From positions 126,046,001 through 126,110,000 of the forward strand of contig NC_043000.1 of the NCBI RefSeq assembly GCF_006345805.1: a stretch of 64,000 bases of DNA, written 5' to 3'. Under the pieces are notes generated by a model. It saw only the letters and a list, made by a program, of their open reading frames with translations, had not been told where the DNA came from and made no database searches. The position numbers and the translations under genes are program-made. The stretch is from Octopus sinensis (taxonomy: Eukaryota). Each line of letters opens with the position of its first letter. Within the stretch, counting starts at the first letter, position 1. Shown here in pieces: positions 51,744 through 64,000 of the stretch.

Positions 51744-51906
51744 TTAAATGATTATGATGATGAATAACATCATTATTTTGAGTTTCATGTAAAGCCATCA
51801 TCAGTTGAGTAAACACAATATTATTTCAGCAACTCAACAAACATTTTTTTTAATCATGTGAGTTATCTTGTACTTATTTATTGAAATCACCACCAAAATT
51901 TGTTAA

Positions 51907-52124
51907 CCCTTTCGTTACTGTACTTATTTTGAGATGCTCTGTTTCTTTCAGTTACTTTAAATATAACAAAGAATTTAGTAAAATAACTTAGTTATCATTA
52001 AGCTAGTGTTATGAACATAAATTGTGACTAAGGTTTGGTGGAAGATTTTAATTCAAAACTTATGAAAACAAGACATTTGTACTCAGAAACAGAGCCGGTT
52101 TCAGTCGGGTTGGTAACGAAAGGG
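51907..52124 (+). mobile_element. piggyBac-type MITE, 218 bp
   Basis: Same 12-bp TIR CCCTTTCGTTAC and TTAA flanks as 50667-51743. Confidence 0.9.
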
Positions 52125-53339
52125 TTAAACACTGAACTGCAACATGTCCTGACCAATGTGTTCCATCCAACCAAACAGTAAAATAGAGAGTTTGGATTGT
52201 CTTCTAAAATGAGATAATCAGCATTGAGTGATTTTATAAATTATCTTCCTCATTGCCTACAATAAACACTACCCCTGGTCTTTGCTTCCCAGAATGTTGG
52301 CTCTTTGGAATTCTCCCTCTGCACATATATATCCTGCAGTTAGTTGTTCAAGGGAAACATAACCACACTGTAGACCAATGACCCAGCTCTTTTCTTCAGA
52401 TTAAGCTAATCAAAAGAAAAATTAATATTGTTCATGGAGATGTTTATCATTCTATTGAAATTAGTAATACTTAATTCGATGAAGTCAGGTTGATGACAAT
52501 ATAGTAGAGTCAACCATGTTAGAAATTAGTACCACTCTCATTTCACTGTTGAAATGGTTAGTGCTCTGAGTCTTAAAGAGGTCCTGCAAACATATACACA
52601 AGAATGGAGTGGTAGATGTACGATTAATAAACTCCAAATCAAAAGCTGATTTTCAAGGCAATTAACTAAAACTAAATTGTCGTATTTGAAGGCATAAAAG
52701 ACACATGTGTATATTAGATGCACCCCAGTTTCAGCAGCACATATTGAGGGAGAAAAGTTTTCAGTCCATTAAAGTATGTAATATAGGCCCAACTTCAAAT
52801 ATAGGACCCAGGGTGAAATTTTTTGGGACATTTTTAGAGGGGAAATAAGGCATGGTCTATGACATCAAATATGACACTCAGATTTTAAATGTAAAAGTAT
52901 TAACACTTAAACAGCTGGTATCATCAACTGATGCTTCAAAAATTTTACATGGATACATCCTTCATCAATTGACACTTGAGTGCCTACTTCATCAAATTCG
53001 CTTAAGTGTAAGTGGCCCTCCTTATTGATGGGAGAAATTAAGTCACAAGTGGAAGATTTATACTATGATGAAGTTTTTTTTTTTCTAAATTTCCTTCATC
53101 ATCATGATGAGATAAATGATGATGATTATGATGCTCTAGATAGTATAGAAGAAATGATGTTTCATCTAGCTCTGAATGAGAAAAGTGCACCAATTTTTCT
53201 CTTTTTGTACATTTGTTTGACAACAATATGGAAATCTCAAATGAATTCATGCTCATGCTGGATATGCAAAGGAAAGTGAATATTTTACAGCACTTTTCAA
53301 TAATAAAATTGTAAATTTTCGTAGTTCTTTAAAAAGGAA

Positions 53340-53720
53340 AATCATCATCGTTTAACAGCCACCTTCCATATTGGCATGGGTTAGCTGAGTAGTCAGGAGC
53401 CTGCACCAGACTTCTGTGTCTGTTTTTATGGTTGGATACCCTTCCTGACATCAACTACCCAGCAGAGTAGAGTTAATAAGTTTCTAAAAATTTCATCATC
53501 ATCATCATCGTTTAACGTCCGTTTTCCATGCTAGCATGGGTTGGACGGTTTGACCGGAGTCTGGGAAGCCAGAAAGCTGCACCAGGTTCTAGTCTGATCT
53601 GGCAGTGTTTCTACAGCTGGATGCCCTTCCTAACACCAACCACTCCGTGAGTGTAGTGGGTGCTTTTTACGTGCCACCAGCACAGAAGCCAGTCAAGGCG
53701 GTGCTGGCATCGGCCACATT
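53340..53720 (-). mobile_element. Two RTE-type 3' end elements
   Basis: catcatcgtttaacagcc and (CAT)n cgtttaacgtccgttttccatgctagcatgggttggacgg. Confidence 0.75.
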
Positions 53721-54239
53721 TGGAAAAATTTATTTTTTGTTTTTTGCCACATGCATTCATGCAGCCCTTTCATGCTATTTAAGGATTAAGGGAAGCAGGA
53801 TAGTATTTGATAATAATGTGAAGAATAAATCTCTAAGCATATTCAGGGTTTTGAGGACTCAAAGAATATTTTAATGAAAGCAAAATTATCTCAATTTTCT
53901 TAATTTTTTTTCTCTCTCTCTTATTTTCAGATATTTTGCATGTTTACTCTGAAATCTATATTGTCTTGTTTTCCAATCCAAGATTTTTGTCTCTAATCAT
54001 TTGTCTGCATTTTAATTTCATACATTATTTTTTACAATAATAATTGTTGTTATATTCAAAGAAATAGTTTGTTGTGTGTTTGATGTGATCTTTAAAAAAA
54101 ATGTATTTTTTTTAATTCTCTAATCTTTAGTCTTCAAAAGGTCTAATGTGTTCTATGCTTACTTCAATGTAGGTATCATATTTTCTCCATAACCTCTACA
54201 GATATGTTAACATGTTAATCCAGTACTGATTGAAACATC

Positions 54240-54620
54240 ATTCATAAACATTTTAATATCTGTTCTTTTATGTTAATGTGAATCTGCATTGTAGCACATT
54301 TCCAATCATCATAGTGCTTTGTCATCTCTTTTGTGAGGTTCAGTGTTCACAACTTCCTGATCTCACAACTTCCATTCTCATCAGTTTTTACCATGACAGT
54401 ACATAACCCTAACCTTTGTACTCAGTATGTACTGTCCATATACATCACATATAGAAACCAGTGCAGTTGTTTTTCTCATGCACTTCAGTTAATGTCTTTA
54501 ATGCCCTGCTCTTCTTGCAGTTCACTTGTTCTCTGCCTTTCAAATAAACATTATATATCCAATGGTTCGTACACATTTCATTTACATGCAGCATCAGACA
54601 TATTCTGAATTTCTGTTGCA
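54240..54620 (-). mobile_element. Decayed RTE LINE fragment (a similar one lies at ~50270-50520)
   Basis: ctttgtcatctcttttgtgagg...catcacatatagaaaccagtgcag resembles the RRLHWYGHV region of 3480-3680. Confidence 0.5.
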
Positions 54621-54744
54621 TTATACAATATTCCTGTTAACAACAGAGGTGATCCCAACATTTCTTATGGTTCTTTCCACTAGTCTTTTGCTACAGCCAC
54701 CTCCATTACCAACTTGATCACCTTGGTAACAAAATCTACCAGCT

Positions 54745-55050
54745 GTGGAGGCACACAGCCTAGTGGTTAGGACAGCGAACTCGCGGTTGAAGGATCGTGG
54801 GTTCGAATCTCAGATCGGGTGATGTGTGTGTTTATGAGCGAAACACCTAAGCTCCACACAGCTCCGGCAGAAGGTAATGGCAAACTTCTGCTGACTCTTT
54901 CGCCACAACTTTCTCTCACTCTTTCCTCCTGCATCTTGCAGCTCACCTGCAATGGACCGGCGTCCTGTCCAAGTAGGGAACCTATATGCCAAGGAAACCA
55001 GGAAACCGGCTCTTATGATCCAGGCATGGCTTGAGAAGGAACAAAAAAAA
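54745..55050 (+). mobile_element. tRNA-derived SINE family C, full length with TSD
   Basis: A box tagtggttagg, B box gggttcgaatc, A-tail; TSD aaatctaccagct / aaatctgccagct. Confidence 0.9.
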
Positions 55051-55488
55051 AAATCTGCCAGCTAATCTAGTGTACCATGATGTACCATCTGAACAATTCT
55101 TGAACTCGGTTTCATGTCTCTACTGCTCACTATTCCACTACATTCCAGTGCATCCAAATTCCTGACTTTGACACAGTCTACCAGTGAGTCCACTGCTGCT
55201 GATGTGTAACCATCGCTTGCACTGAACACCCACTACCTAGCACTATCCACTGCTATAGACTTAAGTATTTGATGGACATTATCAAATTAGATTATCTATA
55301 TTATGATTATATCAATGGAGAAATATTTGTATATGCTTTTTTGAATTACAAAAAAATAAGACTAAAAGCTTTAAACATTGAAATTCTTTCTACTTTGTTT
55401 TTTTTTTTTTTTTGGTCTTTATAAATATTTACAGTAAATTAATTGAAGTTTCTGTTTGTGACTGTTTATTTTCCAATTTCCACTTTAG

Positions 55489-55607
55489 CAACACCAAAAT
55501 CCACAATTAGCCCCCATGCGTCGAAAGCAGTAAAACCGTTGAGAACTCTCCAAGAAGAGCAACAGCAACGAGAACGGAAGCCTCTTCTACAGCAGGACAC
55601 CGAAGAG
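55489..55607 (+). CDS. KIF13: KIF13-family exon (TPKSTISPHASKAVKPLRTLQEEQQQRERKPLLQQDTEE)
   Basis: ccactttag acceptor, GAG|gtaaac donor; 119 nt, phase 1 to 0. Resembles KIF13A KPLMPVKEEH...RPLLSQES as recalled. Confidence 0.9.
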
Positions 55608-55937
55608 GTAAACATTCCCAACCTCCCTCAATTCCTTTCGTGAAATCTTTGTCAAAAACACATCTTCTTAAGACCTTCTCTGTACAGAGGACACAATTTT
55701 CAATTACTTAATTGGATTGTTGAAATTTTGATTGTTATTTTATACATGTTATAGCATTAGTTTTCTAAATTCACTATTCTGAAGGAGTTCTTTGAAATAA
55801 CTTATAGAAAGACAAGACAAAAATAATCATTTCAACTTCTTTGAATGGTTAGGCTTTGTTAGCATTCCAATCATGGTCATCACCAAGTACTTCAGTCTTT
55901 CTGACTGAATATTTAACATAAGACATCTAAACACACT

Positions 55938-56218
55938 ATATATCTCATTTTGGGATTTGGTTTGCAAGATTCTTTATATGAGTTGTGTTGAAGTATATTC
56001 TGTTGTGTCTGGAGAGAGTCATTTTCTTTTTGTGCCTTATGATTAACACACTCACTGGTAAAATTTAGTCTTGACTATTGAAAAGGTTGCAAGACGCAAC
56101 AAAAAATTTTAGGAAAATAAAAATAAGAAATAAGTGGAAATTTTACTGGTGAGTGTGTTACATTATAAGGCACAAAAAGAAAATGACTCTCCCCAGACAC
56201 AACAGAACACTTTATATC
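55938..56218. mobile_element. Palindromic MITE-like repeat, copy 2
   Basis: Same flank and arms as 5303-5615, with the central segment inverted. Confidence 0.75.
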
Positions 56219-56307
56219 ATTTTTAAGAAAAGCAGCCTCTGTAACCATACCAACTGCTGGTCTCTTGCTCTCAACTCTAACACTTCCAAGTTGATAGTAA
56301 CACTCAT

Positions 56308-56535
56308 TAACGCTTTTATTACTATATTTTTCTTGAAAGGCAGGGATTTTTTTTCAATTAATTTAGAAAATAATGAAGCATTTAGTAAAATTACTTTGTC
56401 GTTACTAATCTAGTGTTTGAAACATAAATTAACATGAAATTCTGATGAAAGTTTTAATTCAGCTCTCTTAAAAACAAGAAATTTGAGTCATAGAATAAGG
56501 GGACAATCTTAGATGGGTTGGTATCAAAAGAGTTA
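56308..56535 (+). mobile_element. Diverged TTAA-type MITE
   Basis: ttaacgcttttattactat...gggttggtatcaaaagagtta. Confidence 0.55.
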
Positions 56536-56779
56536 TCAAACCAGCTACTATTGTTGTTTAGCCCCCAAGTCAGCTCTGATCAAGAAGACTCTTGATCAAA
56601 ATATTGCAGCTATGGTTATCCCATCTTATATTCAAACAAAGCATATAGGACTGAATTCACCAGTTGTCCTTCCTTTTTAAAATGGTAAGATGTAGTGTGA
56701 CAGGAATTTTGTTGCTATTCCTAGCACATCAAATGAACACAATGGCTCCCCACACATAGTAGTCGACTCGAATAATCAC

Positions 56780-58055
<1,276 letters not shown>

Positions 58056-58820
58056 TTTGTTGATATTGTACATCTTTTTTACTTTCTTAATGACAACCAT
58101 TGCACATGTTATATAAATTGTCAACTATCTCTCAAAGTTGAGGATGACTGACCACAAGATTTAATTTCTGCGGCCCCTCATGAAACTGTGCACATATCAC
58201 ATATATATATACTTGATATGGATGCAGGTTTGACAGAATAATGAAGCGGTTCTCTTTGCAAGAACATGGTTCCAAGTTTAGTTTCACTATGTGACAGAGT
58301 AAGTGAAATTTGATAGATGTACTGAAAGGCAGTGCTCTAGCATGACCACACTCTCACAAGTGAAATTAATAAAAGAGTAAATGCATTTTATAAAGAAGAA
58401 AAGTGTTTCTTTGTCTCTCTTCATTAATCCATGATCTGCAAATTTAGTTGGATCTTTCTTCAATATCTTCCACCTTTAAAAGGAATTTCTTCTGAATATA
58501 CTCAGTATAATACCCTATCCTCACTTAAACCTAAGACATCCCTACTTTATATAAAAATACAAAACTAAATGAAATACCCCCAATATCTGAATGGCTTTAT
58601 ATAATTTTAACTAATTACTATAGTCATAGAGAGCAATTGGCTACCTGAGTATACAAAATTAATTTCAAGTTGTTTCATAATTCTATGAAATATATAGGAT
58701 GACTTTCATATTAATCACACTGGCAATAACAAAATGTCTGAATTTGTTTTTACTCTTATTTTCAAACTCCTTTTGCTTAAAAATTCTTGGTGTTAACCAT
58801 TCTCTCTCTTATATTCTCAG

Positions 58821-60189
58821 GATTTTGATGAGGATTTTGATATGGCACACAAGCACAGTATTTTTAACAAGGATCCCAATAGTGTTGATAGTGATGATTT
58901 TCAGGAATTCGAGTCTTATCAGAGCCAGCATTCATCTCCTTTTGCTGAAAAGTTTGTGGCTCAGAGGCCCACAACTATATCCCATTCTGTGACTGCTGAT
59001 AGTTTGATGGAGATTCAAACAAAAAGTTTTACTCCCAGCATGACTTCTAGTGGCTATGGTTCACAAGCAGTTTCCACCCTCACCTTATCATCAGAGGATT
59101 CTGTTAGTATTCGGAGTATCAACCTTGATGAAGCCTCGGCTGAAGGGAAGAACAGTCCTCCAAAAACATTTCCAACTCCACTTAGTGACCAAGGGCTGGA
59201 AAGTATTCCAGATAAGGCCCCCATGAAAAGCTTTTCCCTTGATTCCATTGCTGATCAAGCCGTGTCTGCTGCTCGTTTGGCTGATTTAATTAATGGTAAT
59301 ATCGTCTCTGACAACAATGAACAGGATGAATCTGACTTTTCATACATGCTAAATCAAAGCAATGATTTCAGTGATACTTTGCAATCAACAGTGGACAACC
59401 ACAGATCTTCAAAGTCCACTTTAATGGATCTGGATAGCTCCTCAGTCAATGAGACTACAATGAATCCAGCCTCTCATCCATGTCAGGATCAAGATCAGGA
59501 ATACAGTTTCAAGGAGGAAGATTACAACAGCCAGGTACTTGCAAATGCAACCAAAAACTTAAATCTATCATCTAATTTTAACGATACTTCTGAAATGCTA
59601 CATTCACGCAGATCACCATTGGAAGGTAGCAACAGTTTGCATGATATGGACTACGAGATGTCCTCTCCTCAGGGCCAAAGTACACCTCTTAAAAAGACCC
59701 AATCAGTTGATGATAATGAACTAGACTCCAGTACCTCCCTCTCACATAGCTGTGACTGGGGAGATTCATACAATGAGACAACTGAGGATGATCTCAATAA
59801 AATATGTAATACTCTCCACAATATGGACACAGATAACAAGCAATGCAAGCAAGCTGCTGCCAAAGGTAATTCCAACCAACCTGTCAACAGAAAACTACTT
59901 ACCGATTCCTCTACAAATATCAATAGCAACATGACTGACAATCCAAAGAAGAGCACATCAAAAAGTGAATCTAAATCCTACTCTGCAAATAGCCTTGAAC
60001 GCAAGAATAACTCTGATAAACGGACTGTAGAGGGACATCTAAAGAGGAATCTTAGTCATGGTTCTGCACATAAAAGACGCCCAGTTTCATGCTCTCTGCC
60101 TAGTGGCAGTGAAATAACAACATCATGCTCCATGAAAGACCTTTCTTATCAAAACATGAATATGTCTACATCAAACGAGACTCTGTCAG
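58821..60189 (+). CDS. KIF13: KIF13-family large tail exon, 456 codons, Ser/Asn/Asp-rich and probably disordered
   Basis: ttctcag acceptor, TCAG|gtatgt donor; 1369 nt, phase 0 to 1; corresponds to ORF 58842-60248. Contains SMTSSGYGSQAVSTLTLSS, similar to the vertebrate KIF13 SSGYFSHS.S.ATLS motif. Confidence 0.9.
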
Positions 60190-61104
60190 GTATGTTGATT
60201 TCAGTAAGAATCTTCTTACCCATTTTTGATAATTTTCTTGTATTTTAAACTGATTTTCATGCACAAAATTCTCAACTATTGTTTTGAAGATAGCCATTAG
60301 ACCCTCATAGTATTGTTGTTGTGCAGCATAGTATGGTGAAAGAAGTGGGATGCAGACAGCCCTCAAGATTCATCTGCCCAGCTTAAATTTTCGTACTCCT
60401 TAAGATTTTGGAAGCCCAAAGAGTACATAAGTCTCACGAACAAATATCAAGTTTTAATTTTAACTTTTACACACACACATGCTCTCTCTCTCCATTTTTA
60501 CGCACAGCTACACACAACAAAAGTTAGGCTGATCAGTCTTGCGGATTGCCTATAACATAGTACCCGTGTCACTTTGCAGACTACAAAATGTCTTGATTTC
60601 AAAATCTATTTGCAGTACATGGGCGTATAGCATCAACAGTGAAACAGAAGCTTCTATTTCTATTTCCACTTTAATATGGGTGGGCTAGGACAGACAGACA
60701 ACTTAATACCAGCGAGCACTTACATTGTCCATTCTCTCAGATTTGACAACAAATGGCCTCTGTATGTATACACCCATTCAGTAACTGCTCATTATTGAAC
60801 AGATAGCTTGGCTACCATACATTGATGATATACATCAGCTCACAATCAATGTGATCAACTGATATTTATTTTATTAACCCTAGAGGGATTTGAACTCAGA
60901 ATCTGAACAACACAGGGTTTTATTCACTGCTCTAACAGTTTTCCAGTCTAGCACCCAGACTTTATTGGGCACTAAGCTATAAAAACATTCACTTCTTCAA
61001 CTGATGATGAAAGAAAACTCAATTAGAATTTGCAAAATTATGTATAGTCAAGGAAAAAAACTACCTGTAAGAATATTTTACAAATTTACATTCTAGTTGT
61101 AAAT

Positions 61105-61430
<326 letters not shown>

Positions 61431-61730
61431 TAAATGCAGTTGTTATTCAAATTCTTTTACTTCCAACATATGTTTCGAAGATATCACTGGTATAAAATGA
61501 TGTAAAACAATGTAATCTTCTCTTCAGGTAAATGAAGAAATGAAACTCGTCAATAAGACATTTTAACTCCATTTATTTATTTATATATATATTATACAAA
61601 ATATTTCACCCGTAGTTTCTACCTTTAAAACAAGGAGTTACCTTTTTACTTGTGTGATTTTTTGCTACCCTGGTAACTATTTATATATTTTTTCCATGTT
61701 AATTGTTAACAAGGGAAAAATACATACATC

Positions 61731-61811
<81 letters not shown>

Positions 61812-61844
61812 GCTAACTAACTAGCACTCTATTGGTTACAACAA

Positions 61845-62135
61845 CAAGGGTTCCAATTAAATCCAATCAACAGAACAGCCTGCTCATGAAATTAACATGC
61901 AAGTGGCTGAGCACTCCACAGACACATGTACCCTTAACGTAATTTTCAGGCAGATTCAGCCTGACAGAGAATGTGAGAAGGTTGGCTCTTTGAAATACAA
62001 GTGCTACTCTCTTTTGCCAGCTGAGTGGACTGGAGCAGTGGGAAATAAAATGCTTTGCTCAATAGCACAACACATTGCCAGGAATTAACCTCATGACCTT
62101 ACAATCATGAGCCGAGTACTCTGACCACTAAGCCA
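61845..62135 (-). mobile_element. Family C-like SINE, diverged
   Basis: ccagctgagtggactggagcag..aaatgctttgctcaa...catgaccttacaatcatgagccgagtactctgaccactaagcc. Confidence 0.6.
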
Positions 62136-64000
62136 TATACCTTTACATGCATATACATAATGTGTTTGTATGTTTGTGTGTACCCTTGGCTAAACATCTC
62201 ATCTTGTGGGGTAAATAAGCATCTTCATGAAGAAACGTCTGTTTCCAATCTTCTGCAAAAAATATGTCTAGTTTTAAGAAAATATTATTAAATTGAGAAA
62301 TGAAGGAGGATTGGTGGCAGGAATTGCATCCTGCTATAGAAAAAATTTCATCTTACTCATGCAAGCATAGATAAGCAAGCATTTAATGATGATGATGGTA
62401 GTGATTGTAGGTCTGTTAAATAATTTAATGAATTTGGCCAAATTTATAAGCACCATATTTGTTGATTCTTTTAATGGTTTTAGTGTATTGGCCTGACTCT
62501 CCGTCAGTTACGACAACGAGTGTTCCAATTTATCTGATCAAAGGAACAGCCTACTCATGAAATTAATGAGCGACTGGTTGGGCACTACATACACACACAC
62601 ACATGCATACCCTTAGCCTAGTTCTATATTAACCCTCTGAGCTTGAGTTTCACTGAGCAATCTCTTAAACCACTGTAAATTAATATTATCTTCAATAATG
62701 TAGTTTCATTTTTATAATATTCAACTTTTATATCTTTACATATATCAGTAAAACCATGCCAAATTGGACAAGAGGTTTGAATAAATCAAGCTTACAGTTT
62801 GAAAACAGACCCATGCTAGCATGGAAAGCGGATGATTAAACAAACACAGAAGTAAAACCATGCCAAAACAAGCACAGAAGTGTGGTGTAGCCTTCTTCTT
62901 GACCAGTTTCTGTCAAACCATCCAACCTATGGTGCTGGTATGGCTTGTGGTTAAGAACTTTGCTTTGAAGCCATATGGTTTCAGGTTCAGTCTCACTGGA
63001 GTGTGTATGTATGCATTCATGCATGTATGTATGTCTGCACATGAGTATGAATTGCCTTGATACCACATGTTAATTGTAAACAAATTTCATCATCATAGAA
63101 GCAATACCGTTTGTTTGCAGTTTTTCATGCTTACATGCCCAGACTGGGAGAAAATATTACCTTACTCGGAAACAGATAAGTGATGGTGACTGGACAAGCA
63201 TTCAGCTGTAGAAAAATCTGCCTCAGCACATGTCATCTGACCCATATCAGCATAGAAGAGTAGATACTAATAATTATGATGAGACTTAATTTAACATTCC
63301 AAATATTCTGTTGTACTTTTAGAGAATTAATGTTGATTATAACATTTCAAACTGTAAGCTTGATTTATTCAAACCTCCTGTCCAATTTTACATAGTTCCA
63401 CCATGTTAATTGAAAATAATTATTTTAGGTTGCCCCGTGGAGTTTTAATTGCAATAAATACTTTCAATTAACTTAGTCTTTCGTTTATGAAGTGTATAGT
63501 CCGAGACACCAGCTGACAATATCCACATTATGGGAACAAATCCTAGGCCTTGTGGTTCCATATTGAACATAGCCACACACTCCTGCCTGCGCTTATGCAT
63601 GCACATATGTATGTATGTGTGTGTGTGTTTATGTATGTATAGGTACAGGTGTGATTGTATGGTTAGAAGTTTGCTTCCCAACCACTACATGGCACCTCAA
63701 AGCCCTGGGGTCAATTCACTCAACTAAAACGTCAAGGTGGTGCCCCAGCATGGCCACAGTCTAGTAATTAAACAAGTGAAAGAAGATGTGTGTGTACATG
63801 TATATACATATGTGTGTATATATGTATCATATACATATGTGTATGTGTCATGACCATCCATATTTTTTTTTATACCAGTGGCTACATTGTCCAATGTACT
63901 CATCATTGTTTAGAACAATGTGCAGTTTGGCTGTTGGTTCTTGCATGTTGAGTGACTAAGCAAGGACTCCCTCTTTGTAGTATATGAGCAAACAATCTTG

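Noticed and set aside
54745-54820. tRNA-like A and B boxes
   Set aside because: Head of a SINE with body, A-tail and TSD; no complete cloverleaf. The same applies to 36562, 4862 and 462.
59054-59956. Antisense and alternate-frame ORFs within the large exon
   Set aside because: Shadow ORFs of the real coding frame.

Overview
AT-rich, microsatellite- and SINE-dense eukaryotic DNA. The repeat families and intron style point to an octopus (coleoid cephalopod) genome; this is an inference. The whole window lies inside one + strand gene, a kinesin-3 of the KIF13A/KIF13B/Khc-73 family, and holds only its distal stalk and tail exons. Seven phase-compatible exons can be read: 5669-5722, 7886-8038, 9279-9356, 9843-9878, 11946-12033 (alternative donor at 12138), 55489-55607 and 58821-60189. 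The motor domain should lie upstream; a CAP-Gly domain, if present, was not seen and would lie downstream. The ~43 kb intron holds candidate unannotated exons, most notably a cluster at 42.9-44.2 kb: a 69-nt exon-like unit readable as a stop-containing phase-1 exon or as an ATG-starting phase-0 exon, a possible short terminal exon, and an open 48-nt cassette exon followed by GCATG motifs. The introns also carry several long foldback elements (plausible ADAR substrates), piggyBac, mariner and hAT derivatives, RTE, R4/Dong, CR1/L2-like and Gypsy remnants, three tRNA-derived SINE families, and a local duplication that preserves filled and empty sites of a TTAA MITE. Nearly all ORF-track entries are microsatellite or repeat artefacts. 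No CRISPR array, rRNA or true tRNA gene was seen. Repeat boundaries were read by eye and are approximate; exon boundaries were counted base by base.
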